Shown here: positions 1 through 10,673 of the stretch, piece by piece | How positions within the stretch are numbered: position 1 is the stretch's first letter | Layout: each line of letters starts with the position of its first letter | Assembly (NCBI GenBank): GCA_963790475.1 | Contig: CAWBOS010000001.1 | Coordinates: 1 to 64,000, forward strand | Source: an uncultured delta proteobacterium | GTDB lineage: Bacteria > Desulfobacterota > RBG-13-43-22 | Reading direction: 5' to 3' | DNA length: 64,000 nucleotides | Translations under genes and position numbers: made by a program | Notes under the pieces: generated by a model | The model's database searches: none | What the model was told of the DNA's origin: nothing | What the model saw: the letters and a program-made list of their open reading frames with translations, nothing else

Positions 1-60
1 AAACAATCCGCCAATATATTAAAAAAGATCATAAAAACAATCGTTATATAAATTTTATTA

Positions 61-705
61 ATGACCCGATTATCCACAAAAACAGTTGCCCTTATAGTTG
101 CTCACCCCGATGATGAAACGTTATGGGCCGGCGGAACTATACTGTGTCATCCCTCATGGCAGTGGTTTATTGTTTGTCTTTGCCGGGGAAGCGATAAAGA
201 ACGTGCCCCCAGGTTTTATGAAGCATTACAAGTTCTTAAATCGGAAGGGATCATGGGGGACCTTGACGACGGACCTGAACAGAAGCCGTTGGATGAAAAA
301 GAGGTTGAGCGTGCTATACTGGACTTATTACCTTCGAAGCATTTCGACCTGATAATTTCCCATAATCCATCCGGAGAATACACAAGGCACGCCAGACATG
401 CGGAAACAAGTAAAGCAGTAATTAAGCTTTGGCATGCGTTCAAGATATCGGCAAATGAACTTTGGACTTTTGCTTATGAAGATGGTGGTAAGAAATATTA
501 TCCAAGACCTATAGAAACCGCACCTATTTGCCGCATACTTACGAAACGGATATGGCTGAGAAAATACAGCATAATTACAGAAACGTACGGATTTGAAAAA
601 AGCAGTTTTGAAGCAGGAACAACACCGCGGGCAGAATCATTCTGGCAATTTACAAATTCGTCTGATGCTAAAAAATGGCTTAATAATGGAGGAGTTTTAG
701 CATGA
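61..705 (+). CDS. PIG-L/LmbE family N-acetyl-sugar deacetylase
   Basis: AHPDDE metal motif near the N-terminus and GEYTRHARH second His motif; stop overlaps the next ATG (ATGA). Confidence 0.85.
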   Translation: MTRLSTKTVALIVAHPDDETLWAGGTILCHPSWQWFIVCLCRGSDKERAPRFYEALQVLKSEGIMGDLDDGPEQKPLDEKEVERAILDLLPSKHFDLIISHNPSGEYTRHARHAETSKAVIKLWHAFKISANELWTFAYEDGGKKYYPRPIETAPICRILTKRIWLRKYSIITETYGFEKSSFEAGTTPRAESFWQFTNSSDAKKWLNNGGVLA

Positions 706-1844
706 AAGTATTGGTATTATATGATTACCCTCCTTCACCCGGAGGGCTTGCAACCCAGGGAGATCTTCTATACAGGGGACTTCTTGAAATGGGTGTTGAT
801 GCCCATGCAGTTCATTTCGAATCAGCGCAGGAGAAGGAATGGTACTATCGCTGGTTTGAGCCAAATATTGTTGTTGGTGTGGGTTATTGGGGGCACACAC
901 CACAATTAGTGCTTCACCCGCAACGGTATGGCGTGCAGCCGGTACCATGGCTGGTTGCTGACGGTTATATTGCAAACTACCAGGAAGTTTTGAATGCTCT
1001 TCCACTTATCCTGGTAACGTCGAATTGGGTAAAGGAGATGTATGTCCGCGACGGGATCAATGGCAATAAAATCGAAGTGTTACCTGTAGGCTGCGATACG
1101 GATGCTTTTATCCCTTACAACAAGGACAACCCGAAAATATTGGCTGTGCGCAAAACGCTGGGTGTTTCACCCGATCAGATAATGATTCTCACTATTGGCG
1201 GCGACTCCGCATCAAAAGGTGCACAGGAGGTAATGCAGGCGCTTGCTATCATTGATACTAAAGCGCCCGATTGGAAATATGTCTGCAAAGTATGGCCACA
1301 GCCGCGAACCAGGCTTCAAAACCTGGCCGATCTGGAATTGGCGACACATTTAGGCATCGAAAAAAATGTTACCTATGCAACCAGCATCATTTCACGAAAT
1401 TTCATGCCTTACCTGATAGGTGCCTGCGATATATATGCTGCGCCTTCGCGACTTGAAGGATTCGGAATGTCGCAAGTGGAAGCCGGAGCATGCGAAAAAC
1501 CGGTTATAGGTATTAAGGCTATGGGAATGCTTGATACGCTTATCCATGGCCAAACGGCATTCCTGGCAAATGTAGCACAGAAAATTATTATGAACGAAGT
1601 CATTCTTGGTGACGAATCGGGCTTTGAAGATAAACACAGAGTGATATTTAAAGTGCCCCGGACGGTGGATTACCGTGCAAGTGTTCATGATATTGCCAAC
1701 TATTTGATGGATCTTATGACTGATGCAGCATTGCGCGAAAAGATGGGCAAAGCAGCCAGAGAGCGTGTAGTGAAAAATTTTGACTACCGCGTTGTTTCAA
1801 AACGGTTTGTAGAGATAATGAGCGATAAGTTGGGGATAAAGTAA
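702..1844 (+). CDS. Glycosyltransferase family 4 (GT-B)
   Basis: N-terminal YPPSPGGL motif; APSRLEGFGMSQVEAGAC (E-x7-E) signature; typical C-terminal MGKAARERVVKNFDY. Confidence 0.9.
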   Translation: MKVLVLYDYPPSPGGLATQGDLLYRGLLEMGVDAHAVHFESAQEKEWYYRWFEPNIVVGVGYWGHTPQLVLHPQRYGVQPVPWLVADGYIANYQEVLNALPLILVTSNWVKEMYVRDGINGNKIEVLPVGCDTDAFIPYNKDNPKILAVRKTLGVSPDQIMILTIGGDSASKGAQEVMQALAIIDTKAPDWKYVCKVWPQPRTRLQNLADLELATHLGIEKNVTYATSIISRNFMPYLIGACDIYAAPSRLEGFGMSQVEAGACEKPVIGIKAMGMLDTLIHGQTAFLANVAQKIIMNEVILGDESGFEDKHRVIFKVPRTVDYRASVHDIANYLMDLMTDAALREKMGKAARERVVKNFDYRVVSKRFVEIMSDKLGIK

Positions 1845-1845
1845 T

Positions 1846-3042
1846 TTGAAAATTAAAACCGTGCAAACTGCAAACTGGCAAGAGATAGAAGAGGCCAAGA
1901 AGGCCGCCCTTGAAGTGTTGCTTCATAATGCCCACGGACCATATCACGGACTCCCACGTACGGCAGGCTGGGGGTATCCGGAGCCATATACAAGGGATTT
2001 GATGTTTTCAATTCTGGGAATTGCTGTTTCTGAGAATCAGAAGCTAATAGAGAGCATTCGGAGCGTATTGGAAATATTGGCAAAAAATCAGACAGAACAT
2101 GGTCATATCCCTTCGCTGGTGCACGACAAAGAGGACCGTGGGGCAAGTGATACCACTCCATTGTTTTTGCTGGCTGCAGGCATTTTCAGAAAAGTGTCGG
2201 GTGAATTGGACTTTCTTGATGAAGCAGTTGAAAAAGCCCTGATCTGGATGGAGTATCAAAGCCCGTCAGATCGGTACCTGGTTGCCCAGCAGCCGACAAG
2301 CGATTGGCGCGACGAACAATGGGTTACCGGATATGGTTTGTTTGTGAACACCTTGGTATATAGCTATCTCCGGCTTCTGGGCAACCACAAAAGAGCAGAC
2401 AGGATGCGCCACGAGATGAGCAGGTTTACTATCACTGCAGGGACAATACCTCATCATGTCTACGAAGGTCTTGTGGTAAAACATAAGCCCCACTATGCTT
2501 TCTGGTCCTATAAAATTTATAGCAGCGAACGGTTCGACCTGCTCGGTAACAGTCTGGCCATTCTCTCCGGAATAGCGTCACCCTCGCGGGCTGTGAAAAT
2601 GATTTCCTGGATCGAAGAGGAGTGTGCGGGCCTGAGAAAAAGAGGTGAATTGGCAGTTGATCTGCCTCCTAATTTCTTCCCCTTTATTAAACCTGAAGAT
2701 CCTGACTGGCAGGTGCGATTTTCAGTATATAACAAACCCGGAGAATACCATAATGGAGGTATATGGCCTTTTATATGCGGGTTTTATGTGGCAGCCTTAG
2801 TTGCTGCTAAAAGGTACACGCTCGCCGGGGAAAAGCTCGTGGCGCTTACCCATAGTATAAAAATTTCCAATACCAGGAGCGTCGATTTTGGATTTAACGA
2901 ATGGCTAAAAGCCCAGGACGGGAAAGCTCTGGGGCAGGACTGGCAAACCTGGAGTGCCGCACTTTACCTGTATGCCGTAAAATGCGTTGAAGAAAAAAGA
3001 ACCCCTTTTTTTGATGAGATACGATATGGTTCCATATTATAA
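1846..3042 (+). CDS. Six-hairpin glycosidase (amylo-alpha-1,6-glucosidase / GH100 invertase-like)
   Basis: YTRD, SDTTPLF, YHNGGIWPF, FNEW and QTWSAA motifs resemble (alpha/alpha)6 GH100/GDE_C enzymes; TTG start 1 nt after the upstream stop. Confidence 0.75.
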   Translation: MKIKTVQTANWQEIEEAKKAALEVLLHNAHGPYHGLPRTAGWGYPEPYTRDLMFSILGIAVSENQKLIESIRSVLEILAKNQTEHGHIPSLVHDKEDRGASDTTPLFLLAAGIFRKVSGELDFLDEAVEKALIWMEYQSPSDRYLVAQQPTSDWRDEQWVTGYGLFVNTLVYSYLRLLGNHKRADRMRHEMSRFTITAGTIPHHVYEGLVVKHKPHYAFWSYKIYSSERFDLLGNSLAILSGIASPSRAVKMISWIEEECAGLRKRGELAVDLPPNFFPFIKPEDPDWQVRFSVYNKPGEYHNGGIWPFICGFYVAALVAAKRYTLAGEKLVALTHSIKISNTRSVDFGFNEWLKAQDGKALGQDWQTWSAALYLYAVKCVEEKRTPFFDEIRYGSIL

Positions 3043-3398
3043 AGATTTCTTCAAAAAAGAGTATTTCCCACCAGAGGCGATAAATGTGAGTAGAATAACT
3101 TTTTGTTAGAACCTGCTTTTTTATGGGAAGAGTAGAGAACAAGGAAACAACAGGATCAAGAAGAAACATAGGGTGAACGGCAAGGGGACAAAGGGGGTCA
3201 TCTGAAGAAAATGGGGATATGCAGGGCGGGATTTTAAAATTGATTATCGTTTGTAATGTAGTATAAATAGCCAAAATTTAAAAACAACATTTCAGGAAGA
3301 AGCAAAAAGCTAGGGTCATTTGACCCCGTCTTTTTCTTTCATGGTGAAACCATATTTTCTTAAAACCGGCGAGCCGGATTTATTTATTTAACTTCTTC

Positions 3399-4568
3399 CT
3401 AGTTCTGCTTTTTTATCAAGAATAGTCCAATGAATCCCGTACAAAGCAAGCCGCTTACGGACCAGGCGCCGATGCTGGCGGCCTCAGGAAAAAGGTATAA
3501 AACCAAGGCCCCAATGGCTGGACCCATAAAAAGACCGACTCCGATAGCCGCTTCATGAATCCCGGCGTTAGTGCTTCTTCCTTTAGACACGTTCATGGAA
3601 TAGTACAAGGAAGAGTAATAAATCAGACCGATGGACGCCCCGAAGCAGACTTCCGAGATTATCAAAAGGGGGATGGAGGAAGCCGTCAGAAATCCGAAAA
3701 AGGCAGCGATCATCAATAAGGAAGCGCCAGCCGGCCATTTAAAGCTGTAATGCCATCGCGCCCAAGGCCAGAGGATAGCAAAGGAGAACAATCTAGCAAA
3801 TAACCATAAAGAACAAATAATGCCTGCTTTACCGGTTGTAAGTCCCAGTTTTTCGGCAATGGAAGGAATAAGCGGGATAACTGTATTGATGGCCACATAG
3901 GAGAAAGGATTGGCAAGCCACGCCATTCGCAAAAAAAGACGGTTTTCTCCCATACGGGTCATTAAAGAAACGGTGGCATCATAGCTCATTTCATTTTTTT
4001 CATCGGAATTTTCTTTTAACCGTTGAGTTGATCCATAGGCCAGGATAATCATTTGAGCTAAAATCAGCAAAACAGGCAGCCAGAAAAGGCTTGACATGCC
4101 TAGTGTCTCGAGTAACAGACCTGTCGTAAAATAGCCTACGGCACCGCCGGCCGCCCAGGTCACATTAAAAAGACCTACATAATCGGCCAACCGATGGCCC
4201 GCTCGTTCACTAATTAGGGCTTCCAAAGCTGGCCAGGTAAAACAGATGCCGATGGTCCAGCCGCCATAGGTAAGCACCTGGACTGCCGATATCGGGATAG
4301 CCAGACCGGCTAAAAGAGACAGCGCAACGATGGAATAACCGCTGTACAAAGCTCGAATGCAGCCACGGCGTTCGGCATATTTCCCTCCCTGCCAGGCGGC
4401 CAAGACATAAAGACCTCCCCCATAAGCCGCGGTTATCAGGTTTTCAACTCCGCCAAAGCCGAAATCCCTCTTCAAATAGAAGAACAAAAAATTGGAATAG
4501 TAGACCGCAGCGTAAGAGTTGATAAATTCGATCAGATAAAACGCGGCTTTGGCCTTAGAAATCATCAC
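3399..4568 (-). CDS. MFS transporter
   Basis: 389 aa, about 12 hydrophobic segments, GKYAERRG motif-A-like loop, GLFMGPAIG near the C-terminus. Confidence 0.85.
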   Translation of the reverse strand: MMISKAKAAFYLIEFINSYAAVYYSNFLFFYLKRDFGFGGVENLITAAYGGGLYVLAAWQGGKYAERRGCIRALYSGYSIVALSLLAGLAIPISAVQVLTYGGWTIGICFTWPALEALISERAGHRLADYVGLFNVTWAAGGAVGYFTTGLLLETLGMSSLFWLPVLLILAQMIILAYGSTQRLKENSDEKNEMSYDATVSLMTRMGENRLFLRMAWLANPFSYVAINTVIPLIPSIAEKLGLTTGKAGIICSLWLFARLFSFAILWPWARWHYSFKWPAGASLLMIAAFFGFLTASSIPLLIISEVCFGASIGLIYYSSLYYSMNVSKGRSTNAGIHEAAIGVGLFMGPAIGALVLYLFPEAASIGAWSVSGLLCTGFIGLFLIKKQN

Positions 4569-4911
4569 TATTTTCCTGGCAAAATTGAAATTAAAATTTG
4601 TGGTCGGAATTCTATCTTCAGCCCTTGATTGGCTTTTATTTTATTCTGCTCAGATAAAATGAGCTGATATTATGTCTATCTCAAACTTAACATGAAAAGT
4701 AAAGAAAGATGGATAAGGATTTGCTTTCTGAAGGTGAGTATAGGAATGCGAGCGGATAGGGGCGAAGATGACTTGATATGATCAGCTTTTCCCTAGAATG
4801 GGACCATAAAACAAGGGGGAGGCCTTAAAGGATTTGTGTTTGTACTCCTCTATTTTTTACATATCGGAGTTTTGCATGTTTCAGGAAGCTATGCTTCAGT
4901 TGAACCCCCCT

Positions 4912-4983
4912 GTATATATTCCTACGGTTGAAATTATCGCCTTTTTTGACCTCGGCCAAAATTGAACATTTTTCAAAAGTCTC
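4912..4983 (-). repeat. Truncated MITE-like repeat end (GAGACTTTTGAAAAATG...)
   Basis: Terminus resembles GCGACCTTTGAAAAACG at 9611; non-coding; recognised as one half of a dispersed repeat family. Confidence 0.45.
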
Positions 4984-5094
4984 AAGGACAGGTCTCAAAG
5001 ACTGCAGAATAAAAACAAAAAGATGATTCAGCCTTTTTCCCCTGCCGGTGGGCAAATCGGGGGAATAAAAAAGGCCATTTCAGTATATCTGCCT

Positions 5095-7679
5095 TTATTT
5101 ATTCCCCCAATAACCTGTGCTGTATAGTTTTCTGATTCCCACATCCAAGATAAGAAGCAGTAAGGCGACCAGGGTCAGGTAAGGCCAAAGGGGTGGACCG
5201 ACCTCCTGGAGGGCGCCATCGGTCTTGAAAAGCCCTTTGGGTGGGCTATTGACGTCAAGAAGACGTCCGCGGGTCAAGGTGGCCAGGGAGGAGAGCAGCT
5301 CCTGATTCACCCCGACTTCCCTGAATTCATCCGTATAAGGGACACCGTAACCAAAGATCTTTGGACCGGAAGGGCCTCCTTCGGAATCGGGGGAATAGAG
5401 ACTCAGATAGTAAACTCCCACCTCTTCGGCCTGAAAAGCCCCTTCATATCTTCCCGGGGCAATCTGATTTATGGGGACGATAGTATTTTTTTTGGAAGGA
5501 AAAAGGACATCCATCTTCAGATCAAGAAGGTTTATCAAAAGCCCCCGATCGTCGGTTACATCCATCAGGAAGTAGTTCCATCCACCCTTCCGCTCCATGG
5601 CCACCTGGTAGTTCAGAGGGGTTTCTTTTTTCTTCGCCCATTTGACCATCTGGGAGACAAAGGCCCCGTAATGTTCCCAGAGGATCCAGGACTTCCCCCA
5701 TCTGGGAGAGAGATCCGAGGTAAAGGCAACGCTCCGCCCCAGCCCGTATTGCCAGGCGGATAAAAGGGGCCCTTCCCCGGTCTCGAAGAGGATCATAGCC
5801 CCCGGCTTGGGATAGGTGATTATCTGTCCCTGCAACAGAGGCAGGTCCCCGGTAGGGATACCTTTGGTCAGGTCAGAGGCCATTCGAGCTTTGGGTTTCA
5901 GCGTTTTTTCAACAATAACTTTTTTAGCGGCAATCTGAATTTCACTGATGAAAATTCGAGGAATTTTTTCCGAATCATCCGTATAATAACTGCGACCGTT
6001 TCCCCATTTGGCGATGTTTTTCATCAGGTTGATATCCGCGTCATTGCCAACGGACACGGTGGATACCGTTATGCCGGCTTCCCGCATGGAACGCAGCAGG
6101 GCTGGGAAGTTCGCTTCCTGGGTGAGTCCGTCGGAGAGAATGATCACGTGTTTCTTAAAGGCTTTCATTCCCTGGAGAACGCGGGAAGCTTCCTGAAGCG
6201 CCGGGTAAAGATCCGTTCCTCCGCTCTCTTTCAAGGTCGAGAGCTGCCGGGCGATTTTTTGCCTCTCCTTGGCCAAGGTCATGGGAACGGTCCATTGAAA
6301 AACCCAGTCAAAGGCCAGAATGCCCACCCTATCCTGGGGATTGAGCGTCTCCACCGCCCAATAGGCAGCGATCTTGGCCCCTTCCATCTTATTCATCTTT
6401 TCCAGGTTCCCGGCCATCGATGCGGATTTGTCGATCAGAAGGACCAGGGCAAATCCCGGAAATTCCATGCTGGTCGGGACATCCATGGAAACCGGCATGG
6501 CCTTTTCCACCGGGGTATTGAGATACCCCCCGGCGCCAAAGCCGTTTAATCCGCCGATCATCACCAGACCCCCGCCCATGTCTTTGACATAACGTTCCAG
6601 ATTTTCCAGGGTCGCATAGGAAAAATTCCGGCTTGGAACATCATGAAGGACGATGGCGCCGTAATCAAGAAGGTCATAAAGCGATTCGGACAGATCGGCG
6701 GGGTCTTTTTGAATGACGGTGAGGCCCTGTTTCTTCAGCGCCGCGCTCAGGTGAGAGGATTTTTCAGGATGGTTGGTCAGATAGAGTATCCGGGATTTTT
6801 GGGTCCCCTGGGTGAAGGATAATCCCTGGTTGTTTTGAGAAATACCATCCAGTGGAGCATTAATGACCGCCGTGTATAAGTAGAGTCCCGGATCCTTGAT
6901 CACATCGTTGGAGCGAAAAGTATTTTTCCCAGCCCGAAACATTACTTCCTCTTTCCGGAGCAGCCGGCCGTTTCTCAAAAGGATCATTTCTCCGACACCC
7001 TCATAGGTGCTGGAGATAATGGCCCTGATTTCAAACGGCGTCTGGAGGGCTGCAGTCGGGGGCTTTCCAACTTTTCCATAAAGACCTCCTGCCCCCGGAA
7101 CTAGGATGACAGCGGGGCCGGAAAGATCTCAATACCGAGAGATTTGGCGAGATAGGCCGCCTCCCTGGCCTCCTTCCGATTCTCATGGCCGTCGGTAAGG
7201 AGGACGATCCTGTTTTTCCCCGACTCCGGAAAACGACCTATGGCCAACTGGAGGGCATCCTTGATATTGGTGGCCTTGGGATCGATTTGTGATCTGAGAT
7301 CGGAAGGGTTAAAGTCATTTTTCAATTCTGTTTCCAGGGAGGCCTCTTTCCCAAACAGGATAAGCCCCGCCCGATCCTCTTTCCCCATACCGGAAACGGC
7401 CTTTTTCATAAAGGTAAGGGCTTTGTTTCTCCCCTGGGCATTGATGCTCTCCGACAGATCCAGGACGAAAAAAAGATTTACATGATCCGAAGAGTTCAGG
7501 AGCCTGAGATCACAGAGGGCCAGAACCAACAGCAAAAGCAGGAGGGATCTCATCCCTCCGAAAAGTAACTTTTCCCTGGAGGAAAGTTTCTGGAGAGGGG
7601 TTTTTCTGAAACCTATCCAGAGCAGCGGGATCGCTATCAGGGAAATCAGAAAAATGGGTTTTAATAATGTAAAGGGCAT
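5095..7679 (-). CDS. Large membrane-anchored double-vWA protein with class-I glutamine-amidotransferase-like domain (interrupted in this sequence)
   Basis: ORFs 7101-7679 (DLSES MIDAS, LLTDG) and 5095-6987 (DKSAS, LSDG, GGGLVMIGG, C-terminal TM) join if TAG at 7101-7103 is read through and one base is added to the G5 run at 7058-7062: PLSS*FRGQEVFMEKLESP-PTAALQTPFEIRAII. Confidence 0.8.
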
Positions 7680-7751
7680 TGGCTCAGTTTCTGATTCATT
7701 TAATAATCATTGACCCTGTATTCTGAAATCGGATAGTGAATGTGCCTTCCC

Positions 7752-9599
7752 TTAACGTCGATTCAGCCAAAGGTAATACTCCAGAACCAGGAGGACGAAG
7801 GCGACCAGGAGAACCAGGAACCAGGTCTGAACCGGGGTCCGGACGGTATCTTTTCCCGCTCCGGGCCGGTCTGGTTGCTTTCCCAATCCGGAAGGGTCAA
7901 CCCGGATATTGGATTCCGATTCATCAAACAGATTTACGGCAAAATAGGTTCTTTTCTCTGTTTCCAGGACCGTATAGACTCCAACCTTCTCGGTATGCTG
8001 GAAGGGAAAGGGATTGGATGGTACCGGCTGTCTGACCCATTTCCCGGAGGGTAAGCCGATGAAAACCGATTGTGTAGCCGGTCGCAGATACAAGGGAAAG
8101 GGTTCCCCGGCTTTTACCTGCAGGGGCGCAAAAGAAAACTGATGGGGCTGGAGCCATCTGAAGCAGTTGGTCATGAGCACGGGGAAAGCTACCCGGAAGG
8201 GAAGATCCGACTGCTTCAAATCAAAGTTGATGAGGATGGCTCTAAGTCTCTCTTTTTCATAGGCGTAAATCAGGCCCTGGTTCCTGGCCTCCAGAAGTGG
8301 CTTTATCCCTGTTTCGGTCTTCACTAATGCGGCCGATCTGATCTGCAGCGTCCCCAAATCAAGATCCTGCATGACCGGATGACTTCGATCCCAGTCCAGT
8401 ATAACTGGATTGTCCTGAACGCCAGTCTTGGTGATGGGGATCGAGGGGGAGAAGGCGTTGATCATCAGGAAGTTCCCTCGCTCGGTCGCCGGAGGAGAAA
8501 TACCGTCAAGGATGATGAGATCGTGGTTTTGGACTTGCTCCTCCCAGGAAGAGGGATTGATCTCCTTTATGGTATCGACCCTGAAGTGAGGGTAGGCTTC
8601 CAACAGGGTCTTCAGAAAGTAATTGCCACGGGTGACCATCAAAACCGATAGTTCTCCGGAAGGCTGCAATATACTGTAGGCCTGATTGTCCAAGGGAAAA
8701 TCGTCCTGAATGTCCAGAGAGGCCTTGGCGATTCCGCTTCCGGGTCTTAAAAGGGGGAGGAGAAATCGTTTTTTTTCCAGACCCTTCAGTTCGACCCTTT
8801 TCTTAAAGACGGTTACCTCCCCAATGGTCATCCGAATGGGGCAGACGACCGGGTGGGGATTGAAGTTCTTAACCTCAAGCAGGGCCTGGTAGAGATCAGG
8901 GATTCCCGGATCGGGCCGGCATTGGAAGTTGGTAATGCCAACATTGGTTTCCCCTCCCGAAACAATAAGGGGATGTATTTTTCTGTGTTTTTGAAGAAGG
9001 CGGTTGAGTCCTTTTATGGATCCGTCGGTAATGAGGTAGACCATGTCCTCAGACGCCGGCTCAACGAAAGAGAGGGCCAGATAGAGGGCGCTGGTTATAT
9101 CTCCGGAGACATCTAAGGGCTGAAGACCCTCAATCACTTCCCGGAGGCGTTTCTTGTCTTTTGAAAAAGGGGACTTTATTTCAGGCCGGTTGCCGGCTAC
9201 GATGATGAGCATCCTGCTTTCATCGGAAAGTCCGCTGATCAGCCGCAGGGCTTCCGCTTTGCCCTGGTCAAACCGGATGCCCTTGGTCGTCCTGGTTTGC
9301 ATGCTGGCGCTGGAGTCCAGGATCAGAACCACATTCCCTTTGACAAGGGTCGGACGTGTCCAGACGGGTTCGGCTAAAGCCAGGGAAGAGAGGATGATGA
9401 TCAGGATTTGAAGTAAAAGGGGAAGATTCTTCATCAGGGACTGAATCCGGCTCCCCCCACGGGCCTCTTTCATAACTACCTTCCAGAGGAAAAGTCCGGT
9501 CACATCCACTTCTCTGGCCTTGGGTTTGAGGCTGTGAATGATAAGAAGGACCGGGATAAGTCCCAGAAGAAGAAGCCAGATGGGGTTCAGGAGCTGCAT
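7752..9599 (-). CDS. BatA N-terminal double-TM + vWA domain protein
   Basis: MQLLNPIWLLLLGLIPVLLIIHSL BatA-type start, LILDSSASM MIDAS, LITDG, C-terminal TM ending LEYYL. Confidence 0.88.
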   Translation of the reverse strand: MQLLNPIWLLLLGLIPVLLIIHSLKPKAREVDVTGLFLWKVVMKEARGGSRIQSLMKNLPLLLQILIIILSSLALAEPVWTRPTLVKGNVVLILDSSASMQTRTTKGIRFDQGKAEALRLISGLSDESRMLIIVAGNRPEIKSPFSKDKKRLREVIEGLQPLDVSGDITSALYLALSFVEPASEDMVYLITDGSIKGLNRLLQKHRKIHPLIVSGGETNVGITNFQCRPDPGIPDLYQALLEVKNFNPHPVVCPIRMTIGEVTVFKKRVELKGLEKKRFLLPLLRPGSGIAKASLDIQDDFPLDNQAYSILQPSGELSVLMVTRGNYFLKTLLEAYPHFRVDTIKEINPSSWEEQVQNHDLIILDGISPPATERGNFLMINAFSPSIPITKTGVQDNPVILDWDRSHPVMQDLDLGTLQIRSAALVKTETGIKPLLEARNQGLIYAYEKERLRAILINFDLKQSDLPFRVAFPVLMTNCFRWLQPHQFSFAPLQVKAGEPFPLYLRPATQSVFIGLPSGKWVRQPVPSNPFPFQHTEKVGVYTVLETEKRTYFAVNLFDESESNIRVDPSGLGKQPDRPGAGKDTVRTPVQTWFLVLLVAFVLLVLEYYLWLNRR

Positions 9600-9610
9600 T
9601 TACTTCTCCC

Positions 9611-9685
9611 TGCGACCTTTGAAAAACGCCCCCTTTTGTGCAATTTTAGTGTCAAACTCAAATCTTAATCCTCGAAATACTAATC
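9611..9685 (+). repeat. Truncated MITE-like repeat end (GCGACCTTTGAAAAACGCCCCCTTTTG...)
   Basis: Terminus similar to 4912-4983; sits in the DUF58-BatA intergenic gap. Confidence 0.45.
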
Positions 9686-9752
9686 AAACCTGTTTGAAAT
9701 TGGGATGGTCATAGGGGGTCTTGTTTTTTGAAGTTGTCCAAAACTCGCCTTT

Positions 9753-10649
9753 CTATTGCATTAATGTTCCCTTGGCCAGATAGTCAAACAAGAAGTCCTC
9801 AAAGGGCATGCTGGTATCCAACAGATAATATCCGATCCCTTTTCTAAGGCAGAATTCCCTTATGTCCTGCAGAAACTGCTCTATCTTTTTCCGGTAAAGA
9901 GATCTGAGATCATTGCTCAGGGTGATCCTTTTGGTTTCCCCGGTCTCCATCTCTTTGAGGATAAGATATCCGTCCAGGGAAGGGAAAAGCTCTTCATGGT
10001 CCAAAACCTGGATGAGGGTGGTTTTGAATTTTCTTTGCATCAGGGCTTCCAGCCCTTTTTCCACCCCCTGGGTATCCAAAAGATCGCTGATGATAACCGC
10101 CAGGCCGGGTCTGGTACAGGTGGAGGCGAAATCCGTCAGAGAGGCATTCAACCCGGTTTCCCCGTTTGGTTTCAAGTCCGTTAGATAACGCAAGATGGAA
10201 TGATAGGCCTTTTTCCCCCTTTGAAATCCGAGGGATGGGCCAACGGAATCGGCAAAAGAGACCAAAGCCACGTGGTCCAGATTGGCGATGGCAATATAGC
10301 TCAGGGCCGCGGCTATTCTTTTGGCAACCAAGGTCTTGGGAGGCTGTCCATAGGCCATGGATTTGCTGATGTCCATGAGGACATGAACCCTCAGGTCCTC
10401 TTCGGAGCGGAAAAGTTTGAGGAAGAGTTTGTCGAGTCTCCCGTACACGTTCCAATCCACATACCGGAAATCGTCGCCCACCTGATATTTTCGGTAGTCC
10501 TGAAATTCAAGACTAGTGCCGCTTCGCCAGGATCCATGCTCCCCTTTTTGGGGCCCCTTCATGACCCTCCCGGCCAGAAGTTTCAGCCTCTCCAGTTTCC
10601 TCAGAAAATCTTCGTCCAGGAAATCTTCCGTTTCCATTGCCGTTACCAT
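9753..10649 (-). CDS. DUF58 family protein (MoxR-associated, vWA-like)
   Basis: GTSLEFQDYRKYQVGDDFRYVDW signature, DISKSM and ISD motifs; directly downstream of moxR. Confidence 0.92.
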   Translation of the reverse strand: MVTAMETEDFLDEDFLRKLERLKLLAGRVMKGPQKGEHGSWRSGTSLEFQDYRKYQVGDDFRYVDWNVYGRLDKLFLKLFRSEEDLRVHVLMDISKSMAYGQPPKTLVAKRIAAALSYIAIANLDHVALVSFADSVGPSLGFQRGKKAYHSILRYLTDLKPNGETGLNASLTDFASTCTRPGLAVIISDLLDTQGVEKGLEALMQRKFKTTLIQVLDHEELFPSLDGYLILKEMETGETKRITLSNDLRSLYRKKIEQFLQDIREFCLRKGIGYYLLDTSMPFEDFLFDYLAKGTLMQ

Positions 10650-10673
10650 CCGTTTTTTTATTCATTTTCAGGC

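Noticed and set aside
7101-7103. Pyrrolysine read-through at TAG
   Set aside because: No pyl genes in the window, a frameshift follows within 40 bp, and TGG-to-TAG at CCWGG is a simpler explanation.
4912-9685. Composite transposon carrying the vWA genes
   Set aside because: The two repeat halves have their termini facing the enclosed genes, there is no transposase, and the operon continues beyond 9685.
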